A stretch of DNA of 64,000 nt from Acidobacteriota bacterium (GCA_965263035.1 OZ253580.1:2048001-2112000); one strand, 5' to 3'; counted from the stretch's first letter, positions 10,197 through 20,472 are shown. Made by a program: numbers and translations. Notes: generated from the letters alone by a model not told the origin.

Positions 10197-11840
10197 GTGA
10201 ACTGGGCAGAGTTCCCTTTGTCGGCGCTGTTTGTCGCCTCGGCTTCCGCCTTGGCCTTCGGGGCCGACACCGGCCGCCCTCCGTTCTTCGTCGACGTCAG
10301 CGAGAAGGCGCAGCTGTCCTTCCTGCACGCGCCCAGGGCCGAGAGTGAGAGCTGGATGGCCAAGTTCATGGTCATCACCATGGGGTCCGGCGGGGGATTC
10401 TTCGACTACGACAACGACGGCCGTCTCGATGTCTATCTGGTCAACGGGGTCGAACCCAATCGGCTCTTCCGGAACCGGGCCGACGGCAGTTTTGCCGATG
10501 TCACCGGGGAAGCGGGGGTGGGCGATACCTCGTATGGGATGGGGTGTGCGTTTGCGGACTATGACAACGACGGCTTTCAGGACATCTATGTCAGCAATCT
10601 GGGTCCCAATGTCCTCTACCGCAACAACGGGGACGGCACTTTCAGCGACGTCAGCACCAGGGCCGGGGTGGGAAACCCGCTCTGGAGCACCAGCGTGGCC
10701 TTTGGCGACTACGACCGGGATGGGCACGTCGACCTCTATGTGTGCAACTATCTGAAGTTCTCCTTCGCCAGCCATCGCAACTGCTACTTCGGCGATATTC
10801 CCATCTACTGCTATCCCCACAGTTACGACGGCGTCCCCAACACGCTCTATCGCAATCGGGGTGACGGCACCTTCCGGGACGTCACGGCTCGAGCCGGCCT
10901 TCGGGAAGCCGCCGAGTTCAGCAAGGGGCTGGGCGTGATCTGGCTCGACTTCGACCTGGACGGCGACCTGGATCTGTTCGTGGCCAACGACACCACCGCC
11001 AATTACCTGTTCGAGAACCAGGGAGACGGCACCTTCGAGGACGTTTCTCTGGTCTCCGGGACCTCTCTCAGCGCCATGGGAGTCGCTCAGTCGGGAATGG
11101 GCGTGGACGCCGCCGATCTGGACGGCAAGGGGCGCTTTCACGTCATCGTGACCAACTATTCTCTCCAGAACAACGCCCTCTACTGGAACGAGGGCTTCGG
11201 ACTCTTCAGCGATCGTATCGTCCGGACCCGCCTCGCCGGACCCGGCTTCGTCCCGCTGGGTTTCGGCGTCAACTTCTTGGATTACGACAACGACGGCCTT
11301 CCGGATCTGTTCGTGGCCAACGGGCACGTTCTGGAGCAGGCGGGGACCGTCAATGCCAGCACCGGCTACCGGCAGCCGAACCAACTGTTTCGCAATGCCG
11401 GCGAAGGTTTCTTCGAAGAGGTCTCGTCTCGGGCCGGCGATTACTTCAAGGTCGAGAACGTCTCTCGCGGATCGGCCGTCGGAGATTTCAACAACGACGG
11501 GAGGCTGGATCTGTTGGTTTCCAACAACGGGGGCAAGGCGGATCTCCTGGAGAACAGGACCGGGTCCGAAAACAACTGGATCAAACTCAAGCTGGAGGGA
11601 ACGCACTGCAACCGAAACGCCATCGGGGCGAAGGTCTTCGTCGACGCGGGAGGGGTTCGACAGTTGCAGGAGGTCCGCGCGGGAAGCAGCTACCTGAGCC
11701 AGAGCGATCTCAGGATCCATTTCGGCCTGGGGAAGGCGACCCGGATGGATTCGATTCGAGTCGACTGGCCCTGCGGCAATAGGACCCGGATCCCCGCCCC
11801 GGGAAAGCTGAACCGGATTCTGGAGATTCGGGAAGAATGA
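10197..11840 (+). CDS. CRTAC1-family FG-GAP repeat / ASPIC-UnbV protein
   Basis: Many DYDNDGxxD repeats; C-terminal NRNAIGAKV ... SYLSQSDLRIHFGLG. Confidence 0.92.
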   Translation: MNWAEFPLSALFVASASALAFGADTGRPPFFVDVSEKAQLSFLHAPRAESESWMAKFMVITMGSGGGFFDYDNDGRLDVYLVNGVEPNRLFRNRADGSFADVTGEAGVGDTSYGMGCAFADYDNDGFQDIYVSNLGPNVLYRNNGDGTFSDVSTRAGVGNPLWSTSVAFGDYDRDGHVDLYVCNYLKFSFASHRNCYFGDIPIYCYPHSYDGVPNTLYRNRGDGTFRDVTARAGLREAAEFSKGLGVIWLDFDLDGDLDLFVANDTTANYLFENQGDGTFEDVSLVSGTSLSAMGVAQSGMGVDAADLDGKGRFHVIVTNYSLQNNALYWNEGFGLFSDRIVRTRLAGPGFVPLGFGVNFLDYDNDGLPDLFVANGHVLEQAGTVNASTGYRQPNQLFRNAGEGFFEEVSSRAGDYFKVENVSRGSAVGDFNNDGRLDLLVSNNGGKADLLENRTGSENNWIKLKLEGTHCNRNAIGAKVFVDAGGVRQLQEVRAGSSYLSQSDLRIHFGLGKATRMDSIRVDWPCGNRTRIPAPGKLNRILEIREE

Positions 11841-13087
11841 TTCGCTGGTGGAATGCCGGCTTCTGCGTGCTGGTCTGCCTCACGACCGCTGCCCTGTGCC
11901 GGGACGCCGACTTTGAGCGGGCTTTGAGAATGATGGGGGAGTTGGACTATCCGGGAGCGCTGGCGGCGTTTCGTCAGTTGGCAGAGCGCCCCGATCCCGA
12001 TCCCGCGATCTACTTTCAAATGGGAGCCTGTCAGACCGTCCTGGGGCAATACTCCGCGGCTTTGGAGAGCTTCCGGCAGGCGACGGAGGCTGGATTGGCG
12101 GAGAGCTGGCAAATCTGGTCCGCTCGAGGCATCGCTCACTTCAACCTGGAACGATTCCCCGAAGCCCGGCGAGAATTCGAGCGAGTCCTGGGTCAGGAAC
12201 CGGACGAGTTCACTTCCTTGTTCTTCTTGGGCCGGTTGGATCTGGAGGGAGGCGAGTTGGACGCCGCGGAGGCCAGGTTCCGCCGCGTGATCCAGCTTGA
12301 ATCCAGCTACGAGCCCGCATTCTACTATCTCGGACGCACCTTGATCCGCAAAGGAAAGACCGCGGAGGGGAAACGGATTCTTCGATACCACCAGCGGCGG
12401 GAACACCTCCACAACCGGCTCCGCACCCTCACCGATCTGGCCAGATCCGAGAATACGCCGGCGGAGATCTACGCTGAGATGGCCGGAGTCTATCTCGATC
12501 TGGGAATTCGGCAGCAGGCCCGGAAGGCTCTACACAAGGCGGAGGAGATCGCTCCCGCTACCGAGTTGACCCGGCTGGTTCGCGGCCGGTTGAGCTACCT
12601 GGACGGTAACTTCGACCTGGCCGAAGAGCATCTGGCGGCTTACCTGAAGATCGAAAGTCAGAAGTGCGATGCGCACCACTTCCTGGGTCTGGCCCTGAAG
12701 GCTCAACGGAAATTTTCGGCCGCGGCGCGAGTCCTGCGCCGCGCCTCGGATCTCTGTCCTCCCGAAGTCTCCCTGCTGGCCTCCCTGGCCGAGGTGGAGA
12801 TCCAGAACCGGAATCTGCTGGTGGCGCTGGCGCTGGCGGACAAGATCACCAAGCTGGACCCGGCCGCGGCGGAGGGTCCGTTCCTGAAGGCCGTTTCCTC
12901 CCTGTACCGTCATGATCTCCAGGGAGCGGAGAAGTGGGCGCTGCGCGCCCTCCACCTGGAGCAGGAGAATCCCGAGTATCACCGCCTTCTGGAAGCCATT
13001 TATCGCAACCGGGGCGACACCGAAAAAGCGGACCTCCATCGGAAACAGATGGAAATTCTGTTGTCCGACCGGAAATCATCGGAATGA
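11837..13087 (+). CDS. Tetratricopeptide repeat protein
   Basis: Signal-like N-terminus; repeated TPR helices; ATGA overlap with the CRTAC1 gene. Confidence 0.85.
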   Translation: MIRWWNAGFCVLVCLTTAALCRDADFERALRMMGELDYPGALAAFRQLAERPDPDPAIYFQMGACQTVLGQYSAALESFRQATEAGLAESWQIWSARGIAHFNLERFPEARREFERVLGQEPDEFTSLFFLGRLDLEGGELDAAEARFRRVIQLESSYEPAFYYLGRTLIRKGKTAEGKRILRYHQRREHLHNRLRTLTDLARSENTPAEIYAEMAGVYLDLGIRQQARKALHKAEEIAPATELTRLVRGRLSYLDGNFDLAEEHLAAYLKIESQKCDAHHFLGLALKAQRKFSAAARVLRRASDLCPPEVSLLASLAEVEIQNRNLLVALALADKITKLDPAAAEGPFLKAVSSLYRHDLQGAEKWALRALHLEQENPEYHRLLEAIYRNRGDTEKADLHRKQMEILLSDRKSSE

Positions 13088-13172
13088 TCCGGCCGTCCGG
13101 GCGTCAGGCCTGAGTCCGGAAGACCGGCCGTGGAACCGCTTGCTCCCCTGCCGCATCCATGACCTCCGCTAG

Positions 13173-13331
13173 GAGTCTGCGCGGTAGAAATGATCGTAGC
13201 GAGACAGTGGGGAATCGAGGCCAGATTTTCCCGATTTGGAGGTGCATAGTTGTTCTATTCGCCGAGAAATCGAGGAAATATGGACCGATTCTACCGCTTT
13301 CGCAGTAGATCCATTTCTGCCGCGCAGGCTC
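13173..13331. mobile_element. MITE (159 bp) with terminal inverted repeats and CTAG target duplication
   Basis: CTAG|GAGTCTGCGCGGTAGAAATG ... CATTTCTGCCGCGCAGGCTC|CTAG. Confidence 0.8.
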
Positions 13332-14123
13332 CTAGCGCGTGCCCAGACCGTACAGGTTCAACAACTCGATGAATTCCTGACGGTCACGAAATCGGTCGAA
13401 CGCCTGCTCTGCGGCCAGCCGCTCCTGGTCCAGGAACCCGACCGCCAACGCCTTCGCCAGATAATTCAAGCATTGCGCCAAGTTCTCCATCTCGGCAAAG
13501 AGGCGCGCCAAGTTGTAGTGCGTTTCCGGATCCAATCCCCTTGGATCCGAATAGGTGACACGGGTTCCGCTTCTCTGGTCGAAGGCCTGAGGATCCAGGT
13601 CCATGGCTTTGCGGTAGGCTCGACGGGCCAAGTCGTAGTGACCCCACAACATTTGACCATATCCCAGATTGACGTAGAAGAACGACTGGGGATCGATGGC
13701 AATCGCTTGTTCGAAGGAGCGAGCCGCCTTCTCGTATTGTCGGTTCGACAGCAGGGCGATTCCCAGCGTGTTGTGGGCCGGGGCGTACCGCGGATCGAGT
13801 CTGATGGCGTGTTCCGCCGCCTTTCGTCCCTGCCAAAAGCGTCCGGTCCGACAATACGCGATCGCCAGTTTGTTGAAGATGGCCTCGTGATACGGATTCA
13901 AGGTCGTCGCCTCAAGGTACTTGAGGATGGCGAGATGATCCTTTCCTTCCTCCAACATCTGGTCGGCCTCTCCCATGAGGCGGTAGGAGGCGAGGACGCT
14001 CTCGCGAGGCACCGGGAGCTTCGTGATCCGGGAATGACCGCAGCCGAGGAGGAACCCCGTGAGGAGAACGATCGCGGTTCTCGAGGCCATCATGGGATCC
14101 ACGGCGAGAAAGGCGGAGTTCAT
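13332..14123 (-). CDS. TPR-containing lipoprotein
   Basis: Lipobox FLLGC; TPR motifs (AHNTLGIALL, FYVNLGY, THYNLARLFA). Start uncertain (14093-14147). Confidence 0.8.
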   Translation of the reverse strand: MNSAFLAVDPMMASRTAIVLLTGFLLGCGHSRITKLPVPRESVLASYRLMGEADQMLEEGKDHLAILKYLEATTLNPYHEAIFNKLAIAYCRTGRFWQGRKAAEHAIRLDPRYAPAHNTLGIALLSNRQYEKAARSFEQAIAIDPQSFFYVNLGYGQMLWGHYDLARRAYRKAMDLDPQAFDQRSGTRVTYSDPRGLDPETHYNLARLFAEMENLAQCLNYLAKALAVGFLDQERLAAEQAFDRFRDRQEFIELLNLYGLGTR

Positions 14124-14139
14124 GAGAAGAGGCATACCC

Positions 14140-15621
14140 TCAATCAATGAATTGGAAGGCGTACAGGTTGCCGTCCCGGAGCTGGAACCGGAGCCGGAGA
14201 GCCCGATTTCTCAGAACCCCCAGGTCGGCGCTTCCGTTCCAGCTCACCCGGTGGCCCAGCGAGTCCCCGCTTACCGGGTCGCACGCCTCGCTGGTGAATC
14301 CCGACAGGGGACGGCCACCGGTGTCCAGGATCTCGACTCGCAGATCGCCCCCCACGTCGGCGTTCAGGATCAACCGGTTCCCGGACATCCTGAGGTCCCG
14401 GGTGGTCAGCCGGCCGGTCTGCTCCCCGGCCTCGAAGGAGACGAAACCGTCGCGGCGAAGGGTCGCCAGACCGGTGGCCCGCTGTCTGCGCTGTCCCTTT
14501 TCCACCCATCCAGCCTGGACCTTCCGGAGATCCGTCCCGTAGGGGAAGTTCTCTCCCCAATAGTAGACCCGGATCCGGTCCTGATGGACCACCGGCGCCA
14601 CGGGAATGCTCAAATGACTGTCCCAGGCGCCTGCCTCTCCGCGCCCCAGGATGAACTCTCCCGGGAAGATCCGTTGCCAGCGGACGCCGTCGGGGCTGTA
14701 GGCCAGTTCCGCATCGGCCCGGACCCAGCCCTCGTCGCCCCGCTCGAAGACCCAGAGCCATCCCAGGTACCGACCTTCGTACAGGAATGCGGACAAGCCC
14801 TTGAAGTGCAGGTTGGACTCGTCCGGACCCGGCACCAGGACCGGCTGGGGATCGGACCAGGTGACGAAGTCGGGACTGCTTGATCGCCCCACCGAATTCG
14901 GCGACCCCGGCATCCGGACGTAGAAGACGAACCTCTCGATCCGGGGGTCCCAGCCCAGCAGGTTGGCACTGTGCGCTCGCCGGAACCAGGGCTTGCCGTC
15001 GGCGTTGAGCTTCCAGTGGACGCCGTCGGCCGAGTGACCCTTGGTGATGGCGGACTTGCCGTCGAAGACATCCACATAGGTCATCTTGAAGCGCCGATCG
15101 GGGTCCGGATCGCGCGGATCCTGGATGACGTTGGCCCGGCGCATCCAGCGAGTGCCCCAGGGAATGATGTTGTTGCTGCGTGAGCCCTGCCATTCCACCA
15201 GACCCAACTCGGGCTTGGTCCAATGGACCCCGTCCTTGGAGACGGCATACCCGACCTTGTACCGGATCCCGCGATGCGCCGCATCGTCGACCAGGGACGA
15301 CATGTACCAGATCTTGAATTCCCCACTCTCCTGATCGAACAGAACCGGACGGCCATTGGGATAGGTCGTCCAGCGTTCCCAGGGAGTGTCTCCAACGATG
15401 ACGGGGTTCGCCGGATGCCGTTGGAGTCGATGCAGTCTCCGCTTCAGATTCCGGGTGGAAGCGACGACGCCATCGTCCAGGAACAACTGGCGGGCGGTGC
15501 CGATCTCCAGGATCGGCGCCGTCTGCTTCCGCGCCTCACAGGCCCCTGCCGCCAACAAGGCTCCCAGAACCGCAAGTCGCAGACTTCGAAGGCGCCACCG
15601 GACAATTATCTGATAGGCCAT
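14140..15621 (-). CDS. Beta-propeller glycoside-hydrolase-like (lipo)protein
   Basis: RQLFLDD, RHPANPV, YAVSKDGVHWTKP, GAWDS, LRRDGFVS, NLYAFQF; possible lipobox AAGAC. Confidence 0.75.
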   Translation of the reverse strand: MAYQIIVRWRLRSLRLAVLGALLAAGACEARKQTAPILEIGTARQLFLDDGVVASTRNLKRRLHRLQRHPANPVIVGDTPWERWTTYPNGRPVLFDQESGEFKIWYMSSLVDDAAHRGIRYKVGYAVSKDGVHWTKPELGLVEWQGSRSNNIIPWGTRWMRRANVIQDPRDPDPDRRFKMTYVDVFDGKSAITKGHSADGVHWKLNADGKPWFRRAHSANLLGWDPRIERFVFYVRMPGSPNSVGRSSSPDFVTWSDPQPVLVPGPDESNLHFKGLSAFLYEGRYLGWLWVFERGDEGWVRADAELAYSPDGVRWQRIFPGEFILGRGEAGAWDSHLSIPVAPVVHQDRIRVYYWGENFPYGTDLRKVQAGWVEKGQRRQRATGLATLRRDGFVSFEAGEQTGRLTTRDLRMSGNRLILNADVGGDLRVEILDTGGRPLSGFTSEACDPVSGDSLGHRVSWNGSADLGVLRNRALRLRFQLRDGNLYAFQFID

Positions 15622-15691
15622 GGGTCCATCACTGGGCTCGACGGACCGAATTCCTCATTGCGCTTCGGCCGATGTCGGAGTCCAGCCTGAA

Positions 15692-17206
15692 TCATTGAAA
15701 TCGAAAAGAGTAGAGATCCGCATCCCGCAGCACGAATCGGAGGCGAATCGGCTTCCCGGCGAGCGTGCTGAGGTCGGTTCCCGACTTCCAACTGACTCGA
15801 CGCTCCAGTTCGTCGCCGAAGATCTCGCTGGACTGATCGATCGCATATCCCGGCAGGACGACGCCCGAGGCCTCCTGAATCTCCACCCTCACCGAGCCCA
15901 CGGCCGAGGTGGAGTAGTTGAGGTAGAGGGAGCTCCCGGCGAACGTCAGCGGCGGCGTCACGAACTCACCGCCCCCGCTGGACGCGTGGACCGAGACGAA
16001 ACCGTCGGGCCGGATGGTGCAGCGCCGGAGCCGGCAGCTCTGCTGGTGGTAGTTTTCCGTGTAGTACATCGAGAGCTCGTCGGGAGCCGTCCGGAGGATG
16101 CCCTGTCCCATGATGATGGCCCGATCCACCCAGTTTCCGGGATCGAGGCCGGGGCGGATGAAGGCCTCCAGAAAGATTCGATCCCAGCGGACGCCGTCAC
16201 GGCTGGAGAGGAAGACGATGTCCGCAACGCCGTTGCTGTAGGTCCAATCGGGGTGAAAAGTGCGCCCGGGGACAAAGCGCATGGGAAACATCAGATAGAC
16301 ACCCTTGGCTCGACGATAGGGGACGGCTGCGTTGGTATACAGATGGTCGAGAGGCTCAGCCGGGAGGTCCAGGAGCTTCAACGGACTCCAATTTACGAAG
16401 TCGCCGGAAGTCGCGTAGCGGAGCCGGCGCACGATCGCGCCCCGCTCATGCTTTTCCCGGTCGAACTCGACCTTCAGGTCCTTGTGCACGAAGCCCCGGC
16501 CATAGTAGCGATACCGTAGGGTCCATGGATCCTGGAAGACGACATTGTGGGAGTCGAAGGGCCCTCCCGTGAGAATGGGCTCTTCTTGAACCAGGCGCCA
16601 GCGCAGTCCGTCGGCAGAGACCAGGCCCCATGCGTTCCTGCCCCGGGTGACGGCCTTGTAGCGCTGGTCGCCGGGCACGCCGGGGCGTTCGTCCTTGAAG
16701 ACCGATATGTTGCCGCCAGGCCCGTCCCACACCAGATTGTTTTCCCTGGAACCCTGGAAGTCGATCAGTCCCAGGGCGGGGCGTTCCCACAGGACTCCGT
16801 CGCGGCTCTCTGCGTAGCCGGTATGGCCCCATCCCGGCTTCACCCCGACGCCGGATTGGGCCTGGTACCACATCCGGTAGCGGTCGCCGTCCTGCAGGAC
16901 GCTCGACGCCCATGAGTTGCCGCCCTCCCAGGGACGGTCGAAGTCGAGCACCTCTTCTCGGAGCCGGGGTGGGTGGAGCTTCAACTCGAGCTGACTCATC
17001 TCCGAGATCAAGGTCTTGTCGATGAACAGTTGTCGTTCCGAGCCCACTGCGGTCTGGGCCCTGGACATCCCCGACAGCACAAGAGAGGCGATCGTGAGGG
17101 CGTATACGAAGCGATGACCGAGCCGGCGACGGGGACTTGCGTCGCCGCGGCGACTCGAGGGTTCATCCGGCCGGTTCCGCCGCCTGTTCCCATGGCGAAT
17201 GCTCAT
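15692..17206 (-). CDS. Beta-propeller glycoside-hydrolase-like protein
   Basis: RQLFID, YAESRDGVLWERP, FDSHN, RPDGFVS, ADLYSFRF; GGAGG RBS before ATG 17206. Confidence 0.75.
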   Translation of the reverse strand: MSIRHGNRRRNRPDEPSSRRGDASPRRRLGHRFVYALTIASLVLSGMSRAQTAVGSERQLFIDKTLISEMSQLELKLHPPRLREEVLDFDRPWEGGNSWASSVLQDGDRYRMWYQAQSGVGVKPGWGHTGYAESRDGVLWERPALGLIDFQGSRENNLVWDGPGGNISVFKDERPGVPGDQRYKAVTRGRNAWGLVSADGLRWRLVQEEPILTGGPFDSHNVVFQDPWTLRYRYYGRGFVHKDLKVEFDREKHERGAIVRRLRYATSGDFVNWSPLKLLDLPAEPLDHLYTNAAVPYRRAKGVYLMFPMRFVPGRTFHPDWTYSNGVADIVFLSSRDGVRWDRIFLEAFIRPGLDPGNWVDRAIIMGQGILRTAPDELSMYYTENYHQQSCRLRRCTIRPDGFVSVHASSGGGEFVTPPLTFAGSSLYLNYSTSAVGSVRVEIQEASGVVLPGYAIDQSSEIFGDELERRVSWKSGTDLSTLAGKPIRLRFVLRDADLYSFRFQ

Positions 17207-17229
17207 GTCTGGATTCCTCCAAGGTTTAG

Positions 17230-17247
17230 GAGTCTGCGCGGTAAAAG
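17230..17247 (+). mobile_element. Solo end of the YTAR-targeting MITE
   Basis: TTAG|GAGTCTGCGCGGTAAAAG, just upstream of the RBS of the 17206 gene. Confidence 0.6.
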
Positions 17248-17449
17248 TCGTCACGGCATTCGACCGTCCCTGCGTCCCGGCGGACTGCGTTGCGACTCGG
17301 TCACATCCTCCCGGCATGCTCCCTCCGTTGCGCCTTGTCCGGCGGGCGCAGGACCGGTCTCGGTGCTCGCGGGACTTTCACCACGGACTGCCAGTTGCGC
17401 CGGGCCGAGAGCCACGGTGCAGCCGATCACGAACGGTCCGGCGCCGAGT

Positions 17450-19120
17450 TCAGCCGGAGACGATCTTGAAATCCGCCGGTTCGATCAACGACTGACCCGA
17501 GATCTCATCCACCACCCGAAGCACGATCCGGTAGGAGCCGGGAGGGAGTTCCTTGAGCTCCACGTCCTGAAGCAGCACGACGCGGTCCGCCAACTCGATC
17601 ATCCTGGGCTCATCCGCCCGAATCCGCTCCTTGCCTCGGAAGAGGAGAAGCTGTGCCCGGACCAGGGGCGCCATGAGTGATTGATCGACCTTCAGTTCAT
17701 AGATCTCGGTGTACAGATGCAGGGTGGCCCCGGCGCGGAACCGCCGGTTGATGTTGGGGTAGACCTTGAGGCCACTCGGTGTGTTAAAGGGAGACGAGAG
17801 TGCGTCGTCTCGGCCGGAGGAGGCCAGACCATCGGCCAGGATGAGGCTGCTGGAGGCCAGATTCCCCATCTCCGGCTCGACCACGTGGATCGAGGTGGCC
17901 GCCTTCGAGACCCGCCCGCTCCGCTGGTCCTTGGCCACCAGGGTGAACTTGTAGCGGCCCGGCCGGATTGGAATTTGTTTCTGGTAGAGGAAATGGGTGT
18001 CCGTGGTGAGGATCTCCTCCGCGCCCTTTTCCCCTGCCAGCACGTCCTCGAATTCGTACACCGCCTCTCCCACCAGATTCTCGACCTTTCCGTAGATCTC
18101 CACCATTGCCCGCTGGCCCGACTCGCCGAAATCCTCGTAGGAGAGTTCAGTGGCCGGAATCTGGACGGTCAGGGGCACCAGGAAGGCGTTTTCGCCGACC
18201 CGGTAGGCGGCGGAGGTCACCTTCAGCGGCATGGGGTTGTAGTGAACCAGGGTCTCGACCTCGGTCTCCACTCTCTCGAACCTGAACTCGGGGGGCTTGC
18301 GAAGATCGAAGTATTGCCGCACGCGGTCGAAGGGCTGAGCACCTCTCATGTACAGCGGCTCGCCCTGTAATCCCAGATGGCGCATGGCGAGATCGGAGAG
18401 CATGGTCCCCCCCCGGGTGGCCAGACCCATCTGCTCCCAGTTGGTCGGCCCGCCGGTGCTGACCCAGAGGGCGTCCTTCTCGGAAGGTCTCAGGGCCAGT
18501 TTGTATTCTCCAGTCTTGCTGGCGTCAACGAACTCGATCTCGATCCCCGAGCCGATGCCCGGAATGTAGTTGTAGAACCAGCGCTGGAAGGCGTAGGTGC
18601 TGGTCCAGCCGCCACCCTCCTCGGGCCGGCGCCGGTACACGCCGCCATTGTGATCGTCGATGGTGTTGGGAGGACCGAAAGCGATGTAGATGCGCCCGCG
18701 GTCCGTATACCACCCCTCGACACCGGAAGCGAAGCGCTCGTTCACGTAGGCGATCCGCCGGTAGTGTTCTTCCTTGAATTCGTTGTAGGCCGTCCTGGGA
18801 TCCGGGTCGCGCCGGCGCCAGAACTGCTCGATGAAGGCATCGCGCTCGTCGTCCGTGGTGAGCTTCTCGAAGACCTCCCGTTCTTCACGGGCGATGATGT
18901 AGACGACGTCCTCGGCCAACCATTTCTTGTAGTAGTCCTGTTGTTCCTCGAGCCTCATCTGTCGCTGTCGGTCGTCATCGTCTTGTGAGGTGACCACCGA
19001 GCAGAAGAGGCTACCCAGTAACAGGGCCCGGATCAGCCCTGTGGACCACTGGATCAGGATGGGAAACACTGTCGTCGAGTATAGCACAGGGGCTCTCGGG
19101 CGCGGCTGTTCCGCTCCCAT
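17450..19120 (-). CDS. GWxTD domain-containing protein
   Basis: YYKKWLAEDVVYII, FIEQFWRRRDP, EEHYRRIAY, EGWYTDRGRIYIAFGPP. Confidence 0.92.
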   Translation of the reverse strand: MGAEQPRPRAPVLYSTTVFPILIQWSTGLIRALLLGSLFCSVVTSQDDDDRQRQMRLEEQQDYYKKWLAEDVVYIIAREEREVFEKLTTDDERDAFIEQFWRRRDPDPRTAYNEFKEEHYRRIAYVNERFASGVEGWYTDRGRIYIAFGPPNTIDDHNGGVYRRRPEEGGGWTSTYAFQRWFYNYIPGIGSGIEIEFVDASKTGEYKLALRPSEKDALWVSTGGPTNWEQMGLATRGGTMLSDLAMRHLGLQGEPLYMRGAQPFDRVRQYFDLRKPPEFRFERVETEVETLVHYNPMPLKVTSAAYRVGENAFLVPLTVQIPATELSYEDFGESGQRAMVEIYGKVENLVGEAVYEFEDVLAGEKGAEEILTTDTHFLYQKQIPIRPGRYKFTLVAKDQRSGRVSKAATSIHVVEPEMGNLASSSLILADGLASSGRDDALSSPFNTPSGLKVYPNINRRFRAGATLHLYTEIYELKVDQSLMAPLVRAQLLLFRGKERIRADEPRMIELADRVVLLQDVELKELPPGSYRIVLRVVDEISGQSLIEPADFKIVSG

Positions 19121-19156
19121 CGCACTCGCTTACTCCGAAAGTAAGGGGACTCTTCG

Positions 19157-19579
19157 TCAGTGTACCCGGCGACCGGCGAAGGGATTGACGATCTGGACGC
19201 CCGCCTTCGCAAAGTCTCTGCCGTTTCGGGTGGCGACAATCAGGCCATGGACCAAGGCCGTGGCGGCGATGAGACTGTCTTTGATGGGCATGGTCCGACC
19301 GGATGCGCGAAGCTCTGCCAGCAGCCGAGCGCAACGTAGTCCGCTCTCCGCTTCCCACGGGAGGCATTCAATGCGCTGAACGCCCGCTCGGAACCATCGT
19401 TCGAGCCTCCGGCGGCTCCTCCCTTGCGGAAGCAGGAGAATACCGAATCTGACCTCACCAAGGACTATGGGATCGACCACGATGTCCCGTTCGTTTCGCT
19501 TGAGCCATTCGACGACACCGGTGTGGGGGCTTCGCTTTGTCGGTTCACTCAGGACATTGGCGTCGACGAGATACTTCAC
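19157..19579 (-). CDS. vapC: VapC-family PIN toxin
   Basis: YLVDANVLSE, KDSLIAATALVHGLIVATRNGRDF. Confidence 0.92.
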   Translation of the reverse strand: MKYLVDANVLSEPTKRSPHTGVVEWLKRNERDIVVDPIVLGEVRFGILLLPQGRSRRRLERWFRAGVQRIECLPWEAESGLRCARLLAELRASGRTMPIKDSLIAATALVHGLIVATRNGRDFAKAGVQIVNPFAGRRVH

Positions 19580-19806
19580 AGAGTGTCAGTCGATTCGGAT
19601 TCGATGGGAGTGAAGAACCCTTTCTCGGGACAACTGAGCAACCAATCGACCAGACCCTCGTTCGGCGGTTTCGTCCGCCGAACGAATCGATACTCCCCTC
19701 GGTCCAAACGCTCGACGTCGAACTCCTGACCAGCCTCGATCTGGTCCTGTTTCCGGAACTCGGCCGGCAACACAATCTGACCCTTGGAAGATATTGTGGT
19801 CTTCAT
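19576..19806 (-). CDS. vapB: AbrB/MazE/SpoVT-family antitoxin
   Basis: MKTTISSKGQIVLPAEFR; 4-nt overlap with vapC. Confidence 0.9.
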   Translation of the reverse strand: MKTTISSKGQIVLPAEFRKQDQIEAGQEFDVERLDRGEYRFVRRTKPPNEGLVDWLLSCPEKGFFTPIESESTDTL

Positions 19807-19843
19807 GACAGGTAAGATATCGACTTACTTTGTAAGCCGTCAA
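19807..19843 (-). promoter_or_regulatory. vapBC promoter with palindromic operator, probably leaderless
   Basis: Minus strand TTGACG-N18-TATCTT-N7-ATG; CTTAC-AAA-GTAAG palindrome (19824-19836) between the boxes. Confidence 0.6.
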
Positions 19844-19909
19844 GCCCGGGAGTCGTTCGCTCCCTTAACAAGATCGGGGCTGACCCACACCTCCGCCAAC
19901 GGCTGCTAG

Positions 19910-20004
19910 GAGTCTGCGCGGTAGAAATGATCGTAGCGAGAAAGTGGGAAATCTGGGCCGATTCTACCGCTTTCGCAGTAGATCAATTTCTGCGGCGCAG
20001 GCTC
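19910..20004. mobile_element. MITE (95 bp, internally shorter copy) with CTAG duplication
   Basis: CTAG|GAGTCTGCGCGGTAGAAATGATCGTAGCGAGA ... ATTTCTGCGGCGCAGGCTC|CTAG; same ends as 13173-13331. Confidence 0.8.
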
Positions 20005-20472
20005 CTAGTGCCAGTACTGCAGCTCGACGATGTTGTCCTCGGGGTCGGTCATGTAGATCAGGGTGAGACGGCCCTCTTCCGGGATGTCCAGGGTCGTGAT
20101 GCTCCCCAGATCCGCACCTCCCCACTCCAGGACCTGAAGCCGCTTCTCTTCCAGGTCGTCCACCTGGAACGCGATGTGGGCGAAGCCGGGCCGGTTGAGA
20201 GCCGGGACCGGCCGTCGGGCGTTCTCGTCGAATTGAAAGATTTCCAGGGTGGGGCCGCCCGCGCCAAATCCGGGTAGCTTCAGATGAACGCCCTCCATGT
20301 GGACTCCCTTGAGTCCGGTGAGGGCATCGATGTGTGCGCCCCGCCGATCCCGTTCGATCCCGACCGGACGGCAGTCGAAAACTTCCACGTAGAATTTCAC
20401 CATCGCTCTCCAGTCGGCGGCGACCAGATTGGTGTGAGCGTACCGGATGCCCCGGCGTCGTCTTTCAGGCAT
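20005..20472 (-). CDS. VOC/glyoxalase family protein
   Basis: YAHTNLV, FYVEVF, TLEIFQF, GFAHIAFQVDD, YMTDPEDNIVEL. Confidence 0.9.
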   Translation of the reverse strand: MPERRRRGIRYAHTNLVAADWRAMVKFYVEVFDCRPVGIERDRRGAHIDALTGLKGVHMEGVHLKLPGFGAGGPTLEIFQFDENARRPVPALNRPGFAHIAFQVDDLEEKRLQVLEWGGADLGSITTLDIPEEGRLTLIYMTDPEDNIVELQYWH

